Shown here in pieces: positions 51,095 through 62,095 of a stretch of 64,000 bases of DNA (its first letter is position 1; the number at the start of each line of letters is the position of its first letter). Source of the stretch: Setoptus koraiensis (taxonomy: Eukaryota > Animalia > Arthropoda); assembly GCA_048013815.1 (NCBI GenBank), contig CM106586.1, positions 18,352,001-18,416,000 of the forward strand, in the 5' to 3' direction. The notes beneath the pieces are model-generated. The model saw only the letters and a list, made by a program, of their open reading frames with translations. It was not told the origin of the DNA and did not search any database. Position numbers and translations under genes: made by a program.

Positions 51095-51301
51095 GCCTTC
51101 AGCAGCGCACGCTGACTCTCAAGAGGTCGCGAGCTGCAACTAATGGCGGCGCCCCGACAACAACGACGCAGCCACCGAGCTCGTCCACGACGGCCCCATC
51201 GGACGGCGCCCACAAGCAACAGCAACAACAGAAAGCTAATAATATCAATAATAACCCCGTTTGCGAGCCAAGCAAATTGATGACCCGCGAATGCAAAAAA
51301 G
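51095..51301 (+). CDS. miple: miple-like coding exon 2 (GLQQRTLTLKRS...VCEPSKLMTRECKKG)
   Basis: aatag|GC acceptor in phase 1 and AAAG|gtaagt donor; completes R.LTLK...C......C of the PTN/MK repeat. Later exons were not found in the window. Confidence 0.82.
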
Positions 51302-53658
51302 GTAAGTTTTGAAAAAGGTCATCTCCGCACATGTCGCTCACATGCGATTGTGCCAACGCCGACCCGACGCATTGTTACGCAACACGAGCCATTGTTACGC
51401 AATACGCCAAGCGACTGGCCAGTGGCGAATTGGCGAGTTGGCGAGTTGTTACGCAATGGACACTGGCGCGCAGTGGACAGTGCGGGCCGCATTGTTATGC
51501 AGTGCGGGCCGCTGTCGCCCGGCGCAACAACTCGCACAGGCCAGCAGCGCCGGGGCCCCGATGACGATCAGCCGCCAGACGGGCAGATGACGTTAGTTAT
51601 TAGTGACAGCACATTTAACATTTGAAGAGCCCCCTAATAGCCCGTCTGGCCCGTTACACTCAACGTCTGCGTCAAGTTTGCTCTCTGGCGCGAGCACTCT
51701 CGCATTTATTTGGCCCCTCTCACGTGCACGAGTCATCTCAAAAGGGGCCCCATTTTAATTTGAATTGTCTAACACCTGACGCAATAGCCAGTCTGTATTA
51801 GTTGTGCAGTTCAGTCTCTAGTTGGCCAGTTCAACCATATACAGTTGGCACTGGCTGCGTCTTAATGCTCTCTTTGTACCCCTGCCCCCCTCATACCCGT
51901 CATACTGCGCCCCTTTATACCCTGGCCCCTTTATACCGCCATACCGTTGTACAGCCATACCGTTGTGCCGCCGCACCGTTGTACCCTCATGCCGGGCACG
52001 AGGGCATGAACTGCCAGTGTGAAATTGGCCTGCCGGCTCTTAATTAGAATTTCCCGCAGCTCTGCTGCCCAAAGAGACAGACCACGCGCAACTTCCGGTT
52101 GGCGCGTGCTGATGCGCGCCGGGCGGATAATAACTTTGGGCGCACTGGCTGGCAAACTGGCGCCGCTCGTGACACCTGGCGGTGGCATCCAGTCAATTGG
52201 GCGCGCGTCACATTAGTGCATTTACAGGAATGTTGTTGCTCTCATGCGAGACACTAAACTCAAAATAAACTCCAAATAGCTCCAAATGTGCGCCTGTCAA
52301 TCGGATCCCATTTATTTGGGGGCCCGCCAGCGCCGCAAGAAAGTGATAGAGAGAAAGAGTGAGAGTGAGAGAGAAAAGTAGAGAAATTGCATAATAATAA
52401 TGGCATTATTATTCTAGCCAATCTTTATTTTCATACGACAGGCCCCTATAACATGCTGACTGGTTCGCTTAATCAACCGATTATAATGTTTTATCTATAA
52501 ACTTTGAGCCAGGCAGGCAGCGCTTTCTTTCAGAGCACTATGCCGGTGCGCCGCGCCGGAATAGTCCGCGCGTCTTGTTTCCGCTCCACTGGGCCCCCAT
52601 TGAGGTCGCTGTCTCGTGCGCGCCTTCCAAAGAGCGCACGGATAAATGGGATAAGTCGGGCCGGCGAGCCAGCCCATTCAGGTAACTAGAGAACTAGCAA
52701 ACTGGCCTGGCTATCTCATCGACTGGGGCCCGCGAGACGCGGCACGCCCTCTGTTTGGGGCGTCGCTCCAATTAATTTTCTGCTTTGCGCTCGGGCTTGC
52801 GGCTGCGACGGGCCAAACGCAACCCGATGGCTGGTATGACAGGTAGTAGCTGGTGCCACTACCTGTAATACCTCGCTAATACCCGGACATATGACGGCGC
52901 ACACACAGACACACAACGTAATAAACAGTGACGCTCAAATCAAAACCCAAAATAAAGCCCAAATGATGATGATCTGGGCAATAACTCGTCATTAGTTACA
53001 AAACTGCAAGTGCCCATTTGGTGCGCCGATAAAAGCAACTGGCACCGTCACAACAGTCATATAAACAGGGCCATATATCACACAAATAATAATGGTGCTG
53101 ATTAGACCGAGCTTAGCTTGCCGGCCGGCCGGACAGCGGGCGTCGGCATCGGCGGCCAATGGGCAGCTTCGGGCAGCTTCGGTCGGCTTCGGGCGGCTTC
53201 GGGGGCCGCTGCGGCGGCCAGCCTGACGAGGGCAGCCTCAAAAGAGCAACCGGGAGTGGCGAAATGAGAAGCTGCCGCTCAAATTTATCCGGTTGCCGCA
53301 ACAGTGCCAATGCCAGTGCCAGCGGATAAATGCCAGCGTCTGCATTTCCAGACAGCTTACGGGGCCGGCTCAACGTGGCCCCCGTAAGCTGCGAAGGGCG
53401 CCCCCTCGCGTCCGACAGAGGGCTCGTTGGCGAAACCCGAGGTGAGCCCCCTCTGTCGACCAGGCACAACAAACACGTCTCGTGTGTCTCGGCTAGTCGC
53501 GTTAGTTGCGCTTTGCTCTTTGTCCGGCGATTGCTCGAGGCCGGCCCCTCTCTCTCTCGGTATCGCACTCACCCTAATGGCTAATCTAATCTTCTCGTAT
53601 TGCCCCGCATTTAATGTGCGATCCATTGATCCGTCCGCTGCTAATACCTGCCTGCCCT

Positions 53659-53708
53659 GATAAAATAACGGGCCCATCAATGCCCAATGATGGGCCCGTT
53701 ATTTTATC
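53659..53708. other. Perfect 21-bp inverted repeat with 8-nt loop
   Basis: GATAAAATAACGGGCCCATCA / TGATGGGCCCGTTATTTTATC. Confidence 0.95.
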
Positions 53709-53861
53709 CCCCAGCTCACTTATTAATATATCCATCAATTTGCGCGATCGTGTTTCTCCGTTTCTATCTTTATCGTCTCTGTCTTGTCTTGTCTTGTCAG
53801 CTTGCGCGCACAACAAATATCGTAACACGCTGACAAGCCGATCGTGTGTACAAAGTGCATT

Positions 53862-53902
53862 GGCCCCGCTGGCAAGCTCACGGTGAGCTTGCCAGCGGGG
53901 CC
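53862..53902. other. 41-bp palindrome (20-bp perfect arms, 1-nt centre)
   Basis: GGCCCCGCTGGCAAGCTCAC-G-GTGAGCTTGCCAGCGGGGCC. Confidence 0.95.
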
Positions 53903-54599
53903 CGTCGGCCGACAGCGATGATGCAATGCAGCTGTCGTTGTTGTTGTTGTTGTTGTTGTTGTTGTTGCTGCTGCTGGCTCGGGCCGGCACGACAGCGGCA
54001 GCGGCCCGGATCAATCAATATCCGTCGATTAGAGTGAATGATCCACTTTTGGTACGGGCTCGGCGAGCCACTCGAGCCGCTCGAAACGCCGCTCGGGCCG
54101 GCAAACGAAACGGGCAACATTCATTATTGTTATTGCTATTATTTTATTGCGCACACACACATAGAACGGCAGGTGTGGTGCGTCGTTTATATGGTCGCCC
54201 AATGAACGTTCATCGCTCAATTGGGCCAGCCAGACCGGAAATTGGTCGTGTGCGTGTGTGTGTGTGTGCGCGAAACAATGCTACGTTACGTAACGCATAA
54301 TTGGCCCACTTTTGTGCTCCACTGTTTGTGACTGCTGGCTGCCTGCCATAAGCCAGTGATCGCTCGATCGTTCATTATCCGCCCGCTGGCCGCACGGGTA
54401 TGCGGTGCACGGTGCACCGCGGTGTGGCTGCACCATACTGCGCTGACCATAGCGCACATCCGCACACTGGGGCCCGCTCGGCTCGCCAGCCAGCCGCCAC
54501 AAATATTCACACATTATCCACATATGTGTGAATCGGCACACGATTCACCTATTGTCCGCACACCGTTCACATGTTATCCCCACATTATCCGCACAGTAT

Positions 54600-54674
54600 C
54601 CACACATTGTCCACACATTGTCCGCACATTGTCCGCACATTGTCCGCACATTGTCCGCATATTGTCCGCATATT
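54600..54674. repeat. 11-mer CCGCACATTGT x7
   Basis: Direct reading. Confidence 0.92.
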
Positions 54675-57600
54675 CATCCGCTCGGCAGCCCAGTTGCTGG
54701 CCATAAATAAAGTGCAAATGGCCGCCTTGTGATACCCACACGCGTACACCCGTGCCGCCAACTATGCCCACGCGATACCCTGCTGGCCCCAATGGCGCTC
54801 AATCGGCCGCCGATAGCCCGTGCAACTCGTGCCGTTCGTGGGCGACATCCGCCAACGCTGTCCAGCCCTGGCCATAAACGGCGACACACGAAGCGAGAGA
54901 TGTCACAGGCTGACGGAACCAGCCAAGAGGCAAGCGAAATAAATAAAAACAATAATCTTTTCGCTTCATACTGACAGCCGACTAATGATGCGACACACAC
55001 ACACACACACACGCACCGTTGCGACAGTGGCCCCGCCAATGGGTCCAGTCGGGATTTATTCCGTTGATTCCGACATCCACGGGCCGCGTGTGCCTCGGGT
55101 GTCGCCGGAGTGGCCGACGCTCGGTGTGTGAACGGGAGCGCGGGGACGGGACCTCAATTGCAAGACCCGACAAGACGTGATCGTCGAGCCGGGCGCTGGT
55201 GGCCCCCCTTTTGCTCGCCTATCCTACGGCGGCCAGTTGTGTCGGCGCACAGTGGAGCTCGGGCCGGAATTAATGAATATTAATAACCTCTCAAAGCGTG
55301 CGCATGATTCCCGTTCCATTGCCCGGTGTGCGTGTGTCTGTCTGTCTGTCTGAGGCTGCTGTAGGGGGGGGGGGCTCTATTGTAGATGCGCCATAACGGC
55401 CCCTAATGATGGCGGATCAAATATTTGAGAGGCATTGAAAAAGGTTAAACAACAACAATCGCACACAATTAGCACACCCCAGTGGCGCCCCCAGTCAGGT
55501 GGCGTGACTTGCACACGGCGCCCCCCAATGGCGCGCACTGTGCATCAGCGGATATTGTGTCGCGCTCTTGCGGCCGCCTCTGTCACTTGAGCGACACCTG
55601 AATGAATTAATTCGGGGGGCGCCTCCGGCTGGCAGCCAGACAGTTGTCTCGCTGCCAGCGAGTCGCTCGTAATGAATAATAATAATGCCACGACATTAAG
55701 TAGCCCAACCTGGCCCCAATTGCGACTCAAAACTCAACCTGCTCCACCTCTGAGCGGACCTCAGTGTACCTTTGGGCAGTTAGAGCCGGGCACGCCCAAG
55801 CGAACCTCGGGCCGGCCGGAGCGTCACTTGGGCCGCCCAACCGTGCTGGGCGTGCCTCTGCGGCGGCCCGGCCCGAGTGGCAATTGGCCGCGCCGCTCAT
55901 TATGGCTTTGCTGTCGAGTCGCGTGCCTCGTGGAGTGGATAATGTCTCCTCGAGTTGATAGTGTCAGACTCGAGTCGGGCCGGGCCGGGCCGCGCCGCGC
56001 ACCGTCAACGCCGAGCCGCACTGTCTCGAGAGTGAAGAGAAGCCCGCAGCAGCGCCGTTTGTGTAGATCGGCCAATCGGATATGGAGGCGGCCGCTGAAT
56101 TGATGTGGCCGGATAGCCGGGCAGCCACCGGCGCGGCCATTGAGCCGTGCAGCCGCCGCGGCTATCTGGCCGCACATCTCTACAGAGCCAGAGCGAGCCA
56201 CAGAGAGCCAGAGAGGGCCAGAGAGGGCCAGAGAGAGGCATCTCCGGAGCGGCAAGCGATGGGCCGTCTAGATAGGCCGGCGCGGGGATATCGGCGCGGA
56301 TGATGGATGATGGGCGGCCGCCACTGGGCCATCGGGCCATCCGCGGGGCTGTCGGGCTTTCGGGCTGTCGGGCGAGCCATTGGGCGAGCGAGCCCGCCAA
56401 ACCGCTAACCAGCGAGCCCGGCAGCCCGACAGCGGGCGCCGGTTGTGCTCCGGTGGCGCCCGCACCCGCGGCTTATCTACATGAGTGCAGGTGGCGCCGG
56501 GCCGCGCGCAGCCAGCGTCTAGAGGGGCCCCGGCGGGGCTCGATGCAGATAGCGGCCAGCGCGATATTATGCGCGAGTCACGGCACAGCCGCTGCCGCTA
56601 CAAAGCAGCCGGTTGTTGTATGTTTAAAATGTCGCGGGGCGCCGCGCTGATATTATTGTGACGCCAACCATCAACTAGATAAATGTCGGGCGCGCCGGCG
56701 AGCAGCGAAAGTTTAATATCCGTTTTGGTGTCGCGAGCGTTATCTAAACGCGCCAGCGAGCCAGCGACGAGGCGCTTATCTTGGCGCGCGTTCATTCATT
56801 GGCAAGACTGGCTGGCCGGCCAGTTTGACAGCGACTACAACAATGACTAAACGCGCTGGCAAGCGACTTGTGACAAGCTCCGTTTGACAACAGACTCGCC
56901 GGCCCGCTGGCTCGCCAGCGGGCCCCACAAGCCGTCTAAGCGGCCAGCATCGGAACAGTTGCTCGCTGGAGCGTCTTTGGCGCAGTCCGGCGCTTTGGAG
57001 CGGCTAAATCGACTCGCTGCGAATTCGTTGGGCTAAGTTTGCTTGCCCGTCGGCCGTCATGTGCAGCGCGCGATTGCACAGCCGGCACAGACGCCGACAG
57101 AGTGACTCTGTGCCCAATTGAATCAAATATTCAAATTAGGCGACTCAACATTAGCGCCGCCGACTAATGTTGGCCAGCCGCACGAGCAGCGGCGACAACA
57201 TCGACCGACGGCATCGGCACAACATCGACCGACGCCAGCGTTCGGGCCGAGAAGCTCCCAGCCGCGGCTCGAGCGGCAGCGGTGCACAACGAACCGTTGC
57301 GCCGACCGGGCGCCCACTGGCGCTGCCGTCGCCCGAACCGGGGCCCCAGTGAGTGACTAACACACAGTGTGTGGCTAACGCAGTGTGTGACTAACACAGT
57401 GGGCCAGGCAGAGATTCGCGGGTGCAAATAAACAAAGAGCTGCTCTGTTTCCAGCCTGTTTCACATGAGTTGTCTCGCGCGCGCTGTTTGTCCACCGCGG
57501 CATTTATAGCATTCATGGGCCGCCGGGACCCGACTCGCCGCCCGGCCAAGCTGGCGCCGGATGCGCGCCGGCTGACCGGGCCTCTGCTGCTTGTTTCAAA

Positions 57601-58714
57601 GGCGGTGTGCGCGCGCGACTATAATTAGCGATCCGGCAAACGCGCTCGCGGCAATGGCGCTCGCTGATACCAACACGGGTACGTAATATGTAGTTACGTA
57701 ATACGCTGCGGCGATGCCGCAGCAGCGCCAACAACGGCAACAGCAGCAGCAACAACAACGGCAACAACAACGACAACAACAGCGACAACGGCGCCAACAA
57801 CAACAACGCGGCACATTGCGCAATGCGTATTATTTAGTGCGTTGGGTGCATTTTGTAGTGTTTGCACCAACGAGCCGTTGGTGCAAATTGGCTGGGCCCC
57901 ACGGTGCGCTGCGCAACGACCAACTAACAACTAATCAACTCGCCAGCTGGTGGCCAGCAGCGCAAATAATTAGGTGACGACATGCCAGATACGGCATGCT
58001 GTTGCGTAATGCTGGCGATCGCGTCACGATGAGCGCTTGTCGATTGGCCGCGAGTGCTCGCCACTCCACGTGTGCGCACGCCACGCGCACACACGCGACG
58101 CACAAGCTGGGCACCAGCGCGGCCCGCTCACCTGGCCGGCCGGCCCGACGGTCACCTGGTGCGCTATGCCATGGCGGTTGCGGGGCCCGCTCATATCCCG
58201 CGCGCACCAGAGTGAGTGCGGGGGTGTCGTCGGTGGCACCGACTCGTCGGCACCATTCAATCGGTAGAGCCGGCGACCGACGCACTGGACGAATCAAAGC
58301 TCGACACGAGTTTTGACCACTCCGGCCAAAGGTCTTATCTGGCCACGAGTTGCCCATTGTGCGTCGCGCAATAAATCACTGCCCGACGGGCGCGCTCTGG
58401 CTTCGCTTGCGACTCGGGCCGCCGTTTCGCGCGCCCGTGCTGACCAGTTGCTGACCGTTGCAAATGTCCGGCTGGGCGCACCGCTATACGCACCGGCCAC
58501 ACTGTGCACGGCACACTGGGTAGGGCGCACAATTGGCGAGCCCACCCGCCACCGCTAACAAAAGAGTGTGAGTGGCCTTTTGATTTCGGCCCCCTGTCTG
58601 GTCCATTGTGACAAGACCTCGTTCGCGCTGGCTCATCAATAATCCGGCCGCGTACATTGGCTGCCCGGCGCCCGCGCACATTGGCCCGTCCGACGGCAGC
58701 AGCGCCCGCGCGTC

Positions 58715-58784
58715 GTAGCCCGCCGTAGCCCGCCATAGCCCGTCGAAGCCCGCCGTAGCCCGCTCTAGCCTGCCGTAGCCCGCT
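58715..58784. repeat. 10-mer GTAGCCCGCC x7 (degenerate)
   Basis: Direct reading. Confidence 0.85.
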
Positions 58785-60910
58785 GTTGTAGGCGCAACGC
58801 GGCCGGCGCAATGTATCCAATGTTTGCGTTTGCATTGGCCTTGTCAATTGCGACCCTCCTACCAGTCACTGCCCGTCCAGTCGCGGGGCCGGCCCCGTCG
58901 GGCCGGATCCAGACAGCCCAGCGGGCTGTTTCGGTGCCGATCGGAGCCGGCCGATTGGCTGTGGCGCAGCCGGCCCGCGGCCCGGGCAGCTGCAGGAGCT
59001 CATCAGCGGCGTGTTTGGTGATGCATGAGTCGTCGGGCAGCAGCGGCAGCCCGAAAAGAATCGCAATCCCGTCGCAAGCCGCTCATCCCGCTCATCCCGC
59101 TCATCCCGTTCATCCCGTTCATCCCGTGGCGGGGCCCCGATTGCCGCGAACTGGATATTGCAAACACTGGCTCGCAATTGTCAACTTAACCCAATTGCTC
59201 TCGACTAGAGCGACTACCGCAATTGTGTGTGTCACGAGGCGGCCCCCGTGACGATACTATTGTGACACAATGGTCGTAATTGTAATATTGGCTGTATTTT
59301 ATTTGTATGTAAATGTAACTGTCGCTGAGGCGCTTTTGGTCCAAACTCATTGTGTTGTTTGTGCTCAATGAGCCAATGGCCTCGCTGGTGCGGCTGCCAA
59401 TTATTAGATTGGTGCCCAGCAGCGCGGGCAGCCGCGCCAAATGGCACCAGCAATATGTAACTTTGTGCGCCGTCGAGCTGGCTGGCCGCCGGCTGGCGCG
59501 GGGCCCCAATTGATGGATGCACAGGCGACCCAATTTTGGCTTTTGGATTCTTTGTGCTGCGCCGTCACTGCATTACTGAATAATACAGTCTGTATTTCGA
59601 TGGCACTTTGTGCCTGTTGTCTCGAACCAACCAAATCTCGAACAGATTTGTGTGCGCGCCGGAATCTCGGAATGCCGGCTGAGCAACCAGAAGTGGGGGG
59701 CCTTTGTTTGTGCCAGTTTGTGCGTGTGTGCCGCGACTAACGGGACTCCCATTGTGGGGCCGGGGACAAAAATGATGGTGATCACGCGATCAGCGCCATC
59801 AAGCGCCCGACTGGCGCACAGTGGCGCCGGCCCGACACACGGTGTAACCGGCGCCCCCGGTGGCCGCTGTTCGCCGGATCGGCACGTCGCGCGCCCCGGC
59901 GAGTTCGCGAGCGGCACGCCGGCAATGCCAACGGTGCCCCCTCCCGCGCCGGTTGCCCGCGCCGGTTGCCCGCGCCAGTTGCAACCGGCGACTGGCGCCC
60001 CCGGCAAACACTCGCGCGACACCCAGTTTTGGGGCCAACGAGCAAAAGACGATCATCATCATTATATCGTGATCATCATCATTTTGCAATGCCCATTGTG
60101 CTGCGCCGCGCCGCGTCAAACAACAATCCGTTCGACACGAGTAATTTGGTCGCTTTGTTGCTGTTGTTGGCTCGAGCTCTGAAGCGTGAGCGCGGCCGCA
60201 CTTAGCGGGGCCCCCGTTGCACAAAATCCGACCGCTGTCGGGCCGACACTGACACAGCAGCAACTGTGCCACTGCACAGTGTGCACATATTGTATACACA
60301 TGTATGTATATAATGACCGCACTCTCTGGCCGCTCTGTCAATGCCCGGCGTGAGCGGCACAGGTTGCCCACTGACAGTTCAATTGCGCAACGCACTTGAG
60401 CGCGCACTTTTATGCCGACTCTCGTCACGCGAGCGACCGTTGTGCAGCTCGTTACGTCAACAGGGTTTTATTGCGACACGGGCTTGCTGTAACTATACTG
60501 CTGCAGCATACGGACATCACTATTATGCAACGTTCGCTTGTCCGTGCAGCACTATTGTCCATCTGCGCCCATCTGTGCCGATCTGTGCCGCGTCGCGACA
60601 CAACTGCACCCAGTTTGCCAGCGCCCGCCACTGGCAAACTCAGCGGCGGGCCCCAACGTCCCGCGAGGGGCCCACTGGCAGGCGAGCGGCCAGTGACGCA
60701 ACCAGACCTGACGCGTGTGTGTGCTTCGATTAATGTTGACGGGCCGTCGCCATCGGTGCACGCTCTCATTGTGGGCCCCAGTCCGGCCCGGCCCACCCCG
60801 ATCAGCTGACCAGTTGTTTCTCGCGCTGGCAAGCTAGTGCCATGATGAGTGCCGGCCGGCTGGCTGAATGGCCGACTGGCCACTTCTAATGAGCCTCCAG
60901 CTCAACATAC

Positions 60911-61131
60911 ATTAGACGTGATATTACGCAACACACACACACTGGACGTAATATTACGCAACACACACACACACTGGACGTAATATTACGCAACACACAC
61001 TGGACATAATATTACGCAACACACATTAGACGCGATATTATGCAACACACACTGGACACAACACAACATTGCGCAACATGCATTGGACATAATATTGCGC
61101 AACATAAATTGAACGTGATATTACGCAACAC
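60911..61131. repeat. Minisatellite of 8 units of about 24-32 bp (ACTGGACGTAATATTACGCAAC(AC)n)
   Basis: Direct reading; units vary by point changes and AC-tract length. Confidence 0.9.
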
Positions 61132-62043
61132 ACTCGCTCGCTGGGAATGGCCACTGGCCAGTGGCTGGCGCAAGTGGCCGCACTGGGCCAAGTGCCACTG
61201 GGCACGCTGGCCAGCGTGTGTGTGTGCGTCGAACCGAGCCGGCGCCGACAGACGGTCGCCGTCTAGACAATAACTTGCCACTTGTCATTTGTGTCCTTGT
61301 TATGGTTGTTGTCGTCGGCGTTGTCGTGGTTGCCGTCGCTGTCGCTGACAACAGCGGCCAGTGGGACAACAGCGGCCAGTGGGACAACAGCGACAGCGGC
61401 CACGGGAGTGACTTGTTCGCGGCTTGTTAATCAAGCCCGCGACAACGCGGGCGCCAAGACGTCAGCGTTGTCGCTCGACGGGTGGCCTTGCCGGCAGCCT
61501 TGTTTATGTGTGACAAATTTCGGCGCCACTGCCGCCGACACGACAACTGTTAATAACGGGCCCACAATGACCGGCCATACAAATGGCCACTCGACAATGC
61601 GCCGCCAATTGAATGGCCATTTGAATGACCAGTGGCCAGTTGGCCAGTTGGCCAGTTGGCATTCAAATGGGCGCCGTTGCCAGAGGCGAGATTGAGTGGC
61701 GAGCGGCCAACTGGCGCGCGCCAAGTAATTGTGCCGCTACGTTACGTAACGCCACGCGAAAGTGCAAGTGTATCACAAACTGTGCGCTCTATAGAGTGGA
61801 CAGTGGCGAGTGTATATGGCCGGTGTATATGGCCGGTGTGTATAGCTGTGGCAGTAATTGAAATGAGATTATCGCCCTGCAAACAGACCATAGATGCCCA
61901 TATATCACGTATTGTGCCGCGCCGCTATGCTGTGCACTGCAGTGCAGAGCATGATACAGCGCTGCTCATTTGCGCACATTGTGCACATTGGGCACCGGTG
62001 TGCACCGTTGCGCGCCCTTGTGCACGTGCTACGTGCGCCCACA

Positions 62044-62095
62044 CGGCGTAGTGTGGCCAGTCGGCGTAGTGTGGCCAGTCGGCGTAGTGTGGCCA
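62044..62095. repeat. 18-mer CGGCGTAGTGTGGCCAGT x3
   Basis: Direct reading. Confidence 0.9.

Noticed and set aside
60911-61131. CRISPR-like appearance (about 28-bp palindromic repeats)
   Set aside because: There are no unique spacers; units abut and differ only by point changes and AC length. No cas genes, eukaryotic context.
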